NCBI GenBank assembly: GCA_030390025.1
Contig: CM059436.1
Location: 13,516,001 to 13,580,000, forward strand
Reading direction: 5' to 3'
DNA length: 64,000 nucleotides
Source of the DNA: Squalus acanthias
Lineage: Eukaryota
Positions 50,606 through 63,298 of the stretch are shown here, piece after piece. The notes beneath the pieces were generated by a model. The model was given only the letters and a program-made list of their open reading frames with translations, had not been told where the DNA came from and made no database searches. The first letter of the stretch is position 1, and each line of letters starts with the position of its first letter. A program made the position numbers and the translations under genes.

Positions 50606-51407
50606 ATAACTGCATAATTTAAAAAAGCTCTAATAAATCTGTCTTTTCTACTCCAGTGGAAATAGTCTCAGAATCTCAAGTCTGTTCTTGGGATTAGAAT
50701 CCTAGAGTGCAAGGACATGGTGGGTGACGGCTGTTCCACCAATGATGGAATTGGGTTGGAGGGCAGGAAATTATGTGATATCTTCTGTCTGGTCTTGTAT
50801 AGATTTTCGTTGCTGGTATCATCCTGGTGTGTAGTACTTTGACGCATGTCAACAATGAACTGTTACATGATTGCTAGTTTTTAAGTACATGTACAGCATT
50901 GTATGGATTGAACTTTAATTGCGATATGTGTTTGTTTTGAAATATATTTCCTAGGGCTTACTGATCATGCCATTTAGTCTAAAATCTTACTGCAGTATCA
51001 AACCTTGCAGAAAGTTACTGGCATTTTGATGTCAAACTAGATAAAATGCATGGTAATCTATGAATTTAACTCATGGCTTTTAAATGAGTATGATATTAGT
51101 TCACTTTTTGAAAAGCTGTTCCCTTTTTCTAAGCAGGGAATCTGCATGTTGCTTATAATGCAGTTTGTGTGTTTTAATAAGCATTTCAATAAATGCCCAT
51201 TAAAGCTCACAGCTGTTCAGTTTTGAACATATGTTTTAAGTGACTAAACTTTCCCTACAGGTATGGTAATTAACTGATTAGTGTTCTGTAGAGGAAAACC
51301 TATGTAGAACAGTTTGGATGAGTCTGTTGACATACTGAACCTGCCCAAAACCAGGATCATTAATGGTCTCCAACCCCTCACCAAAGCTGCACATTCCAGT
51401 ACAACGG

Positions 51408-51785
51408 GAACAGTAGCATAGTGGTAATATTACTGGACTAGTAATCCAGAGGCCTAGACTAATAATCTGGAGACAAGAGTTCAAATCTCACCATGGCATC
51501 TGGGGTATTTAAATTCAGTTAAATAAATCTGGAATAAAAAGCTAGCATCAGTAGTGGTACCGGATTGTCGTAAAAACCCATCTGGTTCACTAATGTCCTT
51601 TAGGGAAGGAAATCTGCCGTCCTTACCCGGTCTGGCCTATATGTGACTCCAGACCCACAGCAATGTGATTGACTCTTAACTGCCTTCTGAAATGGCCTAG
51701 CAAGCCTCTCGAGGGCAATTGGGGATGGGCAATAAATGCTGACCTTGCCAGCGATGCCCACATCCCGTGAATGAATAAAAAAAAA
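51408..51785 (+). mobile_element. tRNA-derived SINE with a LINE family C tail
   Basis: Head tagcatagtggtaatattactggactagtaatccagagg...gagttcaaatc (A/B-box-like); tail like family C; A-rich end. Related pieces at 52310-52520, 52930-53035 and antisense 62690-63355. Confidence 0.78.
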
Positions 51786-51879
51786 GCACATTTTCCGCCA
51801 AAATTGGTCAAATCTCAGCTTTTCACCCTACTCCTGTAGCACATTCACTTTTGAGCATCTTGCCCTCATTCCCTCTTCT

Positions 51880-52277
51880 CCCTTGAATCAGAAGGTTGTG
51901 GGATCCTGAGTGCAATACTGAGGGAGTGCCATGCTAGCGGAGGTGCCGTCTTTCAGATGATAAACCAAGCCCAAATCTTCCTCTCCCCACCCCGCACTGC
52001 CCTTTCAGGTGGATGTAAAAGACCCCATGGCACTATTTCGAAGAGCAGCAGGGGAGTTCTCCCCTGGTGTCCTGATCAGTATTTATCCCTCAACCAGCAT
52101 CACTAAAACAAATTATCTGGTCATCAATCAGATTGCTGTTTGTGGGACTTTGCTGTGTGCAAATTGGCTGCTGTGTTTGCTACATTACAACAGTGACTTC
52201 AAAAAAAAAAGTACTTAGTTTGTGTAAAGTACTTTGGGACGTTTTGAGATCATGAATGGAGATATATAAATGCAAGT
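51880..52277 (+). mobile_element. Deu-domain SINE with an L2-type tail
   Basis: caggtggatgtaaaagaccccatggcactatttcgaagagcagcaggggagttctccc...tgctgtgtgcaaattggctgc; ends tatataaatgcaagt. Confidence 0.8.
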
Positions 52278-53612
52278 CTCAATCTCCTTTGAAGCCCTCA
52301 TTGGAGTGGGAACAGTAATGTCATGGTTTTGTTACTGGTCTAATATTCCAGAGGCCTGGACAAATAATCCAGAAACATGAGTTTGTGAATTTTGAATTCA
52401 GTTTAAAAAATATCTGGAAATAAAAAGCTGGTATCAGTAAAAATAATGACCATGAAGCTGTTGTATTGTCTTAAAATCCAACTGGTTCATTAGTGTCCTT
52501 TTAGGGAAGGAAACGTGGCATTGTAAAAAAATTGGAAAAAATGTATGAGCTCTTCACACTTGCCATTTGAATTAAGGGTGGACAGAGTGGAGGAATGAAG
52601 TTGAAAGATATCTTTGATAGTCGAAAAGAGGAGTTTGGGATTGTCCATAATTCCAGGATAATCATGGTTTTATTTTGCCATGGGGAGAGAGAGAAGCAAT
52701 ATTGTTTAAGACTTCCAGGACAGTTGTGTGTCAGGTGCCGTCAGTTTATGTGGCCCTCACATTTGAGCGTTGAAGTGGAAATTGTACAAAGAAATGGCAG
52801 GAGTTGTAGACTGTGAAGGATTTGGCAGGGACAAGGGCATTGAAGATGGAAGTAGGTTAACAGTAACATTGTGATGGGCAAAGTCCAAAGGAAAAGGAGT
52901 TGGGAGTTAAACAGGTAGTTCTCCAGTCCCACGTCTGTGGTTGACTCTTAACTGCCCTCTGAAGTGGCCCAGCAAGCCACTTGGCTATATCACCATCTTC
53001 TCGGGGCAGCCAGGGATGGGCAATAAATGCTGGCTGTACAATTTTATTTGCTTAATCTTACACAAAATGATTAGTTATTCTTGTTGATTTTGCTTATCAT
53101 CTAAATTCCTCTTGTCCCTGCTCCTCTGATTTCTTTACCCTTGTATCCTCACATGTCAACTCTTCCACTCACCCTTGTGGCTATTCCTTAAACTTTATCA
53201 TCATGCCACCTCACAGGTTTCAATTACTGACAAGGGTGTGTGACAAGGGATTTGGGAGTCACTGGCAATGCTTTTGGTCACCTCCCTTAACTCTACTACT
53301 AATGTTCAATGCCTTTTTTCTGCTTTAAGCACTGTGGGATATTTACTTTGTGAAAGGTGCTATATGAATGCAAGATGTTAACAGGCTATTGAGTTCAGTT
53401 TCCACTAATACCGGATAAAACCTTGAACACTTTCACCTAATGTATATACTTTCATTGTCTTGTATTACATACATTTTCAATTTCTATAATGTACTTAACA
53501 TTAATTATTGTAGTATTTCATTCTTCTAGAAATGGCCAAATATGCATAGTCTTACAGTATGCATAAAGGTACTGCTTATGGAAATTGTCTTGTTCCATGA
53601 ACATGTTAAGTA

Positions 53613-53989
53613 CAGGAAACTTTTGTTTATCCGGCACCCAAATATCCGAATTCTCGCTTAACCGGCAAAAATCATCCTCCGAAAACTCCTCTCAAATAAC
53701 CGGCAATGTTGCCGAGTCGCAGTCGAGTCTCCGCGAACGCAGAGTACTCCGAAAACTCCTCTCAAATAACCGGCAATGTTGCCGATCCCGAGTCCGAGTC
53801 CGCGAACGCCGATTTAGTCAGTAGGGGTAGTTTTCAAAAGTACCCAAATACTGTATACTGCACATTTCTTGATTTATTTATTTTTCTTTGTTAAAAATAG
53901 CCTCGGTAGATATAACTCTCCGTTATCCGGTACTTTCGATAAACCGGCACCACGCCGGTCCCGTCGGTGCCGGTTAATAGAGTTTCCTG
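53613..53989. mobile_element. Tc1/mariner-pogo (Tigger-like) MITE
   Basis: TA at both flanks (53611-12, 53990-91). TIRs caggaaacttttgtttatccggcac / gtgccggttaatagagtttcctg. CpG-rich. Confidence 0.82.
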
Positions 53990-53999
53990 TATTGGGAGA

Positions 54000-54275
54000 A
54001 AGCTAATAAAAACTAAAATCCAATAAGGAATTCAGGAGTACCTTCACCCAGAGAGTAGTTGGAATGTGGAACTTGCTACCACATGGAGTAATTGAGGCAA
54101 ATAGCATAGATGTATTTAAGGGGAAGCGAGATAAGTGTATAATGGAGAAAGGAATAGAAGGATATGCTGATTAGAATCAGATGAAGTAGGGTGGGTGGCG
54201 ACACGTGTGGAGCATAAATATCGGCATAGACCAGTTGGGCCAAATGGCCTGTTTCTGTGCTGTAATTTCTATGTA
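54000..54275 (+). mobile_element. CR1 3' fragment
   Basis: ttcacccagagagtagttggaatgtggaac...ttgggccaaatggcctgtttctgtgctgta. Confidence 0.75.
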
Positions 54276-55039
54276 ACAAAACCTTTTGACATCAACCTGA
54301 ACCATCAGAATAAGCAGATGGAGTTTCAATTTAATTTTTTATCTAATGATTGGCATCTCTGACAATGCAACACTCTACTCCCTCAGTACCTCACTGGCAT
54401 GTCAGCTTAGTTTATGTTCTGAAGTCTTGCAGTGGGGCTTGAACCCAGAGTCTTCTGACTCAAAGATAAGAGTGTTCTCAATTGAACTAAGCAGGGTCCT
54501 TGGAGGAGAGTGTCTTGGATGTTGAAAGCAAAGACAAAGTAGTTGTGGAGCAGGTTGACGGAAGTTTCAATGTCAGCTCGGGTGATGGGTCAGAGGAGCG
54601 GGAGTTTGAAGCTGAACTGTGGAGTTCTGAGGGAGTTAGAGGGTAGTGTTTCCAAGAGAGGAGAGAATGCAGGGTCAGAAAAATGTGTAAGAGAAAGTTA
54701 TCAGAAATGGCCTTCACTGTGATGGTGACAGGAAGTGGTGAGGACATGAGATCGAGTGGATTTCCTTGTGTATGAATGGGAGTTTAATTATGGGAAGCAC
54801 AGGCTTCTGGCCTCCGATGGGACTTGAGTACAAACTGAAGCAAACTGGAGAGAGTTACACACTGCTCCTTTGGGATTCTTGGAGGATAAAACCGGGGTTT
54901 AAAAACTATTTGTAAAACGCACATGTACAAGAGGTTCAGAGAGAAGAGAAGCAAATGAATGTTTCTTTCATTACTACAGGTTGAACTAAATTGTATTCCA
55001 TGTTGAGAACATGAATTTAATTTAAAGTAGAAACGGACT

Positions 55040-55700
55040 TGGTGGCAGTTTGGAGCCACTTCAAAAAATTTGCAGCGATAAAATATAAAGTATCAGTGGT
55101 GCTGCTATGTCTGACCTGACTGCGCGCACGCTGTGCACTTCATGCTTTGGACGCGCAGGTAAGTACTGAAGATTTTGGAAATGTAAAAAGGAGGAGTAAG
55201 ACCCGCTTTTAAGAAGGTAAGTAGTGAATTAAGTATTTTTTTGAATTTTTTTTTACAGGTATATCTTTTTTATAGACTTTAAAGACAGGTAAGTTTATTT
55301 TTATAACTTTTTAAAAGATTTAAATTTTTTCAAAAATTTAATTTTTTATTTAAAATGGTTAATTTAATTAACTATACTTATTTTATTAATGTGATGGTTT
55401 TTTTTTAAAATTTAATTGAGGTTTAGCTGTTATTTTGGGGGGGTGTAAGATTCATAAGTCTCTCAGCCATGCTGTGAGACTTATGAATGGAAGATGGTGT
55501 GCTGCCATTGGCTCTAACTGAGTCACGTGATCCCACAGCTCGCACAAATTAACTACGCCGCTGGGATACGCAAGCCCAGCACAGCTGATGTCTGGAACAT
55601 CAATTTCGTGCGAGCTGGATCAGAAAAAGCATAAGCGAGGTGAGACATCGCGGGAAAGGCTTACCCCCCGCAGGAACAGAGCGAGATCAATTTCTGGGCC
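55040..55700. mobile_element. Probable Harbinger-type MITE (left end unclear)
   Basis: Right end caatttctgggcc resembles the Harbinger TIR. GCGC-rich ends, AT-rich core, internal 39-bp hairpin. Confidence 0.45.
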
Positions 55701-55839
55701 ATTAAGTTGCAAAAGCTCCTGCCCCTCCACAGTGAACAAAAAAAATCAACTAATGACAATAAACAACTGCTTTGTTTTCAAATTTCCTCCTATTCAGTTG
55801 TTCTTGATAAAATAAGGAGAAAAGGTTCTCTTGCTTCAT

Positions 55840-56980
55840 AAGTGACATCCTATGTGACTGACAAAAGTGAACTATTCATCCTCATCCTTCTCGACACCTC
55901 TGCAGCCTTTGACATGGTTGGCCACACCATCCTCATCCAACGCCTCTCCACCGTCATCCAGCTGGGTGGGACTGTACTCACCTGGCTCAATTCTTATCTA
56001 TCTAATCACAGCCAGACAATCACCTGCAATGGATTCTCTTCCCACTCCACCGTTACCTCTGGTGTCCCCCAAGAATCTATACTTGGCCACCTCCTATTTC
56101 TCCTATATGCTGGCCCTCGGTGACATCATTTGAAAACACGTCAGTTTCCACATGTATGCTAACGACACCTAGTTCTACCTCACCGCCATATCTCTCGACC
56201 CCCTCCACTGTCTCTAAATTGTCAGACTGCTTGTCCGGCATCCAGTACTGGATGAGCAGAAATTTCCTCCAACTAAATATGGGAAGACTGAAGCCATTGT
56301 CTTTGGTCCCCGCCACAAACTCAGTTCCCTAGCCGCTAACTCCATCCTTCTCTCTGGCAGCTGACTGAGGCTGAACCAGACTGTTTGCAACCTTGGTGTC
56401 ATATTTGACCCAGAGATGAGCTTCTGGCCACACATCCATGCCATCACTAAGACCGCCTGTTTCCATCTCTGGAACATCGCTCGACTCTGCCCCTGCCTCA
56501 GCTCATCTGCTGAAACCCTCATCCATGTCTTTGTTACCTCTAGCCTTGGCCGGCCTCCCACGTTCTACCCTCTCAACTTGAGGTCACCCAAAACCCTGCT
56601 GCCTGTGTCCTAACTTGCACCAAGTCCCGTTCACCCATCACCCCAGTGTTTGTTGGCCTACATTGGCTCCTGGTTAAGCAATGCCTCGATTTTGAAAATT
56701 CTCATCCTTGTTTTCAAATCCCTCATGTCCTCACCGCTCCCTATCTCTGTAATCACCTACAGCCCCGTAACTCTCAGATATCTGTGCTCCTTTAATTCCG
56801 GCCTCTTGAGCATCCCCGATTTTAATCGTGCCTTCAGCTGGCAAGGCCCTAAGCTCTGGAATTCCCTCCCTAAACCTCTCCGCCTCTCCTCCTTTTTAGA
56901 CGCTCCTTAAAACTTATCTATTTTTGGTCATCTGCCTAATACCTCCTTTATGTGGCTCGGTGTCAAATTTTGTTGGTAAC
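55840..56980 (+). mobile_element. L2 LINE RT and 3' fragment (tail resumes at 58203-58258)
   Basis: ILILLDTSAAFDMVGH..LTWLNSYLSNHSQ..SGVPQESILG, WMSRNFLQLN and ETLIHVFVTS. Confidence 0.88.
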
Positions 56981-58202
56981 AGTTTTTTGAGGATGTAACT
57001 GGTAGAATAGATAAGGGAGGACCAGTGGATGTGGTGTATTTGGATTTTCAGAAGGCCTTTGATAAAGTCCCACAAGAGGTTAGTGTGCAAAATTAAAGCA
57101 CATGGGATTGGGGGTAATATACTGGCATGGATTGAAAATTGGTTAACAGACAGGAAACAGAGTAGGAATAAATGGGTCTTTTTCAGGGTGGCAGGCAGTG
57201 ACTAGTGGGGTACCGCAGGGATCAGTGCTTGGGCCCCAGCTATTCACTATATATCAATGATTTGGATAGGGAACCAAATGTAATATTTCCAAGTTTGCTG
57301 ACGACACGAAACTAGGTGGGATTGTGAGTTGTGAGGAGGATGCAAAGAGGCTTCAAGGCGATTTAGACAAGTTGAGTGAGTGGGCAAATACATGGCAGAT
57401 GCAGTATAACGTGGATAAATGTGAAGTTATCCACTTCGGTAGGAAAAACAAAGGCAGAGTATTATTTAAATGGTGATAGACTGGGAAATGTTGATGTACA
57501 AAGGGACCTGGGTGTCCTTGTACACCAGTCACTGAAAGCAAACATGCAGGTGCAGCAAGCAGTTAGGAAGGCAAATGGTATGTTGGCCTTCATTGCAAGA
57601 GAATTTGAGTACAGGAGCAAGGGTGTCTTACTACAGTTGTACAAGGCCTTGGTGAGACCACACCTGGAGTACTGTGTGCAGTTTTGGTCTCCTTACCTAA
57701 GAAAGGATATACTTGCCATAGAGGGAGTGCAGCGAAGGTTCACCAGATTGATTCCTGGGATGGCAGGACTGTCTTATAAGGAGAGATTGGGTCGACTAGG
57801 CCTGTATTCACTAGAGTTTAGAAGAATGAGAGGGGATCTCATTGAAGCGTATAAAATTCTGACCGGGCTAGACAGACTGGATGCAGGGAGGATGTTTCCC
57901 CTGGCTGGGGGTGTCTAGAATGAGGGGTCACAGTCTCAGGATACGGGGTAGGACATTTAGGACTGAGATGCGGAGAAATTTCTTCACTCAGGGTGGTGAA
58001 CCTGTGGAATTCTCTACCACAGAAGGCTGTGGAGGCCAAGTCACTGAATATATTTAAGATGGAGATAGATAGATTTCTAGACACAAAAGGCATCAAGGGG
58101 TATGGGAGGAGAGCGGGAATATGGTATTGAGATAGAGGATCAGCCATGATATTGAATGGCGGAGCAGGGCCGAATGGCCTACCCCTGCTCCTATTTTTCT
58201 AT
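56981..58202 (+). mobile_element. CR1 LINE inserted into the L2 3' UTR
   Basis: [34 protein letters not shown] and LYKALVRPHLEYCVQFW; tail ctcctatttttctatg. Confidence 0.92.
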
Positions 58203-58799
58203 GTGAAGTGCCTTGGAACGTTTTACTATGTTAAAGGCACTATATAAATACAAGTTGACAAGTAGGAATAGGATTTGGTGGCAGAGATGAGCACTTAGGA
58301 CAAGCATGAAGTTCAATGGGATTTTTTTTATGGGGGGTGGGGGTTCAACACTATGTACAGACAAATAACTTGTAGCTAGGACCGTCACCTGTTACCTTTA
58401 TCATATTTACATTTAAAAATTACAAAATGATTCATATTTGAGCCAAATGCCCAACTTGGACTGTATTTAAACCTTGGTCCCAGAGGTGAAGGTGCATTGT
58501 TCTAACTGACTACTCCACCCTATCCTCTGCCATAAAAGCTGTTACAGTAAAGTGTTTCTCTTTTGTTTTTGATGGTGTATTTAGTGAAACTTTGTTATTG
58601 AAAGTGCAATATGGTTTTGAACTCCAAATGACCGCAGATAGTAATTTGAAAGGTCTTGTGTTACTAAAATCAGATTTCTACCCTACAGAAACTACTTTTT
58701 CTGAATGTGCTTTAGGTATAAATGTATATTTTTAATCTTGGCAAACCTTTAATGGCCACTGATGTATAGTTCCCACACAAGCATGCACATAATCGATGA

Positions 58800-59630
58800 T
58801 AACAATCGACTGCAACAGGACATAGAAAGGCTAGCAGAATGGGCAGACAAGTGGCAGATGGAATTTAATAGAGAAGTGTGAGGTGATGCATTTTGGCAGA
58901 AGGAACAGGGAGAGGCAATATACACTCAATGACACAGTTTTAAAGAGTGTGCAGGGACAGAGGGACCTGGGAGTTTGTGCATAGGCCCCTGAAGGTGGCA
59001 GGACATATATTGAGAGTGTGGTTAACAAAGCCTATGGGATCTTGGGCTTCATAAATAGAGGTATTGAGTACAAAAGTAGAGAAGTTGAACCTTTATAAAG
59101 CGCTGGTTAGGCCACACTTTAGGAAGGATGTGAAGGCCCTTGAGAGGGTGCAGAGGAGATTTACCAGAATGGTTCCAGGGATGGGGGATCTTGGCTACAA
59201 GGACAGGTTGGAGAAGCTGGATTTGTTTTCATTAGAGCAAAGTAGGTTGAGGGGTGATTTGATGGATGTGTACAAGATTGACTGGTTTGGATAGGCTAGA
59301 TGGGGAAAGGCTGTTCCCACTAGTTGATGGTACAAGGACTAGGGGACACAGATTTAAGGTTTTGGGCAAGAGATACAGGGAGGATGTGAGGAAAAACGTT
59401 TTTACGCAGCGAGTGGCGATGACCTGGAATTCACTGCCGCCGGAAGTGGTGGAAGCGGAGACACTCCATGTTTTCAAGGGGAGACTGGATAGGCACTTGA
59501 GGGAAATAAACTTGCAGGGCTACGGGGATAGAGCGGGGGAATGGGACTGACTGGATTGGTCTACGGAGAGCCGGCACGGACTCGATGGGCCGAATGGCCT
59601 ACTTCGGTGCCGTTATGACTGACTCTATAA
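58800..59630 (+). mobile_element. CR1 3' fragment
   Basis: KDVKALERVQRRFTRMVPG...FTQRVAMTWNSLP...GYGDRAGEWD. Confidence 0.9.
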
Positions 59631-60244
59631 TCAAAGAGTTGGAGCCTGGAAATATCACAAACACTACAACAATAAAAATGCAATTTGACTTCTTCAGTCA
59701 CTATCAATGAGTGAACCTGATATATTTTCTGTTGCATAGCACAAAACATAGTCTGCTCCAACTGATCTTTGCTCTGCTTTAATGTACATTACATTACATA
59801 AAACAATGTATTGACTGGCTAACTACAAGCAATGCCACAGGAAATACATGTGTTTACTTAGGAAAAAGAGACTGACTGATCTTTGGTATTTATTCTTGAT
59901 CCTGGATCTGTAGTTACAGGAAAGTAGGGTAAGGCTTGTTACTACATCCATGGCCAAACATTCTAAAGTGTGCATCAGCCTATGCTCTTGCAGATGGATT
60001 TGAAAATTGTTTATTTTGTGTTTCTTAACTATTCAAGCCTCTAGACAAATTTGCCAAGCCCCACACACCAGCATAAAACTAGCAAAATGGTAGATATAAA
60101 ACAAGAGACTCCAAACGCCTAATAAATAAATCATTCCTTGCAGGGTTCTACTGACCATGATGCACCTGACCTCTCCCCAATGGGAAAAGCTGAGGATGTA
60201 CAGGTAACCGTCAATTCACAGCACGAAGAGTGACGTAGACTGAC

Positions 60245-60790
60245 TACTCTCCTGGCCAGCCTCCCATCTTCCACCCTGCATAAACTTGAGCTCATCAAAA
60301 ACTCTGCTGCCCGTATACTAACTCTTGTAACCAAGACCCATTCAATCATCACCCCTGTGCTTGCTGACCTACATTGGCTCCCGGTCCAGCAACGTCTCAA
60401 TTTTAAATTTCTCATCCTTATTTTCAAATCCCTCCATGGCCTCGCCCCTCCTTATCACTGTTACCTCCTTCAGCTCTACAACCCTCTGAGATCTCTGTGC
60501 GCCTCCAATTCTGGTCTCTTGCACAACCCCGATTTTAATCGTTCCACCATTGGCAGCCTTGCCTTCAGCTGCCTAGGCGCTCAGCTCTGGAATTCCCTCC
60601 CTAAGCATCTCTACCACTCTCCCCTCCTTTTTAAGATGGTCCTTAAAACCTACCTGTTTGAACAAGCTTTCGGTCATCTGTCCTAATTTCTCCTTATGTG
60701 GCTCGGTGTCAAATTTTGTTTGATAACACTCCTGTGATGCCCCTTGGAACATTTTACGACATTAATGGTGCCATATAAATGCAAGTTGTT
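60245..60790 (+). mobile_element. L2 3' fragment
   Basis: PVLADLHWLPVQQRLNFK...LWNSLP...LKTYLF; tail atataaatgcaagttg. Confidence 0.87.
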
Positions 60791-60999
60791 CTTCTTTGGC
60801 AGTCACAGAAGGAGGGGGTGGTATTTTCTGCCCTGGGGTATTCCAGGTAAGCAGTGGCAGGCAACAGAAATTAGTTAATCCTTTGCTTCAAGGTGTAGCT
60901 ATTCAACAGCCTGCCCACCACATCAGTAGGGATTCAGCTCACAGCTTCTGGCTCAGCCACTCCCAGCAACCCTAAAGGTACAGGCCAGGCAAAATAAAA

Positions 61000-61650
61000 A
61001 TCCAGATCCGCCTCACCAGCTATCAGGAAAACAATGTACTTTTACCCAACAGCGTGCATTTGACCTAGACAGTACCACAGATAGTCTGTTGTGTCAATAA
61101 TAAGGCGGTACGTATTGTCGCAAGCTTCATCAGGATGTAGTGATGCTGACACATTGGTGCGCAGTTCACAAGGTTTCTTTCTTGACTCAGCATCTAGTGG
61201 GATTGAGCAATAAAACGACAGATCCTTTCAATCCTATGACTGTTTATCCTCATGGATGATAGACCCTCTGAATTATCTCTGCGTATCTTTGAGGTATAGG
61301 ATTGACTGAAATTTGACTCTTTGCATCTCTGGGCGGCTATCGGCTCCCCTGTTTTTCCTACAGGGCAGGCAGTGCATTTACTTGAAAATTAGAGGCTTCT
61401 CCTTTTTGTAGGATGAAGTTTCTGTACATCTTTCCTCCATTCCTTTTGAAACCCACAATGCTATAGAAAGCATATCCACACCAGACGAAAGTAATTCTAA
61501 TAATCTCATACCGACCATTCCAGCAGTGTTTGTTGAGCATACTAGATGCAAGCAGGGCCATCACCTTGCCCTACAGGTCTCGACTCTCAACTAAGAAATC
61601 AGATTCTACCCCAGGAATTAAAGTACTTCCAATTAACAGCATTGCTGTTA
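61000..61650 (+). mobile_element. Second decayed DIRS-like fragment (RNase H / methyltransferase-like region)
   Basis: From 61422, one frame reads LYIFPPFLLKPTML*KAYPHQTKVILIISYRPFQQCL, matching the DIRS pattern LYAFPP...KVILIAPxWPxQxW. An LFAS motif lies upstream (~61318). Confidence 0.6.
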
Positions 61651-62034
61651 AATGCCGCTCATGACAGCAGTTAGTAATTTTATACTTTGTTTAAAAAAAA
61701 ATCCACTAATGGAGCTGTTACAAATTTGAGTTTCAGTAGCGTCACTTGCTCTTGTAACCGATCTGTGTGTCTTGGTTTTTAGGGGAGTTCACTCACCCTG
61801 TCCTATATCCCCTTGTGCATTGGTCTAATCCAGGGATATGACTGTACCAATACTCACTGACCTGGACTGGATTTTTGTGTCTGACATGAACGCTTATTCA
61901 ATCTCTCTCAATGAAACCGAGCAAACACTTGGTGAGACGAGGTTCAATAGAAATCAATAAACTGTTTTCTTTCACTGCAAGGGAAACATACAGAACTACA
62001 GTCATGATCGGACTCGATTAATTTTTTTTAATAA

Positions 62035-62620
62035 GTAAAAGGTTATGCTGAACTTTTATAAAGCGCTGGTTAGGCCACAACTGGAGTATTGCGTCCAGTT
62101 CTGGTCACCACACTTTCAGAAGGATGTGAAGGCCCTTGAGAGGGTGCAGAGGCGATTTACCAGAATGGTTCCGGGGATGGGGGATCTTGGCTACAAGGAC
62201 AGGTTGGAGAAGCTGGATTTGTTTTCATTAGAGCAAAGGAGGTTGCAGGGTGATTTGATAGAGGTGTACAAGATTATGATGGGTTTGGATAGGTGAGATG
62301 GGGAAAGGCTGTTCCCACTAGTTGATGGTACAAGGACTAGGGGACACGGATTTAAGGTTTTGGGCAAGAGATACAGGGGGATGTGATGGAAAAACTTTTT
62401 AATACAGCGCGTGGTGATGACCTGGAACTCGCTGCCAACGGAAGTGGTGGAAGCGGAGACACTCAATGTTTTGAAAGGGAGACTGGATAGGCACTTGAGG
62501 GAAATAAACTTGCAGGGCTACGGGAATAGAGCGGGGAATGGGACTGACTGGATTGCTCTACAGAGAGCCGGCACGGACTCGATGGGCCGAATGGCCTCCT
62601 TCTGTGCCGTTATGAATCTG
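62035..62620 (+). mobile_element. CR1 3' fragment, same subfamily as 58800-59630
   Basis: YKALVRPQLEYCVQFWSPHFQKD...; nearly identical to 59090-59620. Confidence 0.9.
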
Positions 62621-62939
62621 TGCCTCTATTTTCATGCAGTGATGCAAATTAATGAACATGCCACACTTCCCGACATCAGTGGATCCTTATTTTTATTATT
62701 TTGTTCTTCGGATGTGGGTAATACTAGTAAGACTATATTTATTGCTTGTCTGTGGTTGCCCTGACGGCATTAAGAATCAACCATGTAGTGTGGGACTGGA
62801 GTCACGTGTAGGCCAGACTAGGTAGGGGTGGGAGGTTCCCTTCCCTGTACGACCTAGTGAAACAGTTGTGTTTTTATGACAATCTGGCAGCTTTCATGGT
62901 TATTTCTGTCGCTAGCCCACATATTACCAGATTTAATTA

Positions 62940-63298
62940 AAAAGAAAGAACTTTGATTTATATAGCACCTTTCATGACCTCTGGACGTCTCAAAGCACTT
63001 TACAACCAATGAAGTAATTTTGAAGCGTAGTCACTGTGTAATGTAGGAAACACAGCAGCATATTTGCGTACAGCAAGGTCCCACAAACAGCAATGTGATG
63101 ATGACCAGTTAATCTGTTTTAGTGACGTTGGTTGAGGGATAAATATCGGCCAGGACATCGGGGAAAAACTCCCCTGCTCCTCTTCGAATAGTGCCATGGG
63201 ATCTTTTACATCCACCTGAAAGGGCAGACTTGGTTTACTTGAGCCCATGATCTTCTGACTCAGGCGAGAGTGCTACCAGTGAACTAAGGCTGGCACTT
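62940..63298 (-). mobile_element. Deu-domain SINE nested in an antisense family C-tailed SINE
   Basis: Reverse complement of the 51880-52277 type (gtgccatgggatcttttacatccacctg); the host SINE flanks it at 62690-62940 and 63300-63355. Confidence 0.78.
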
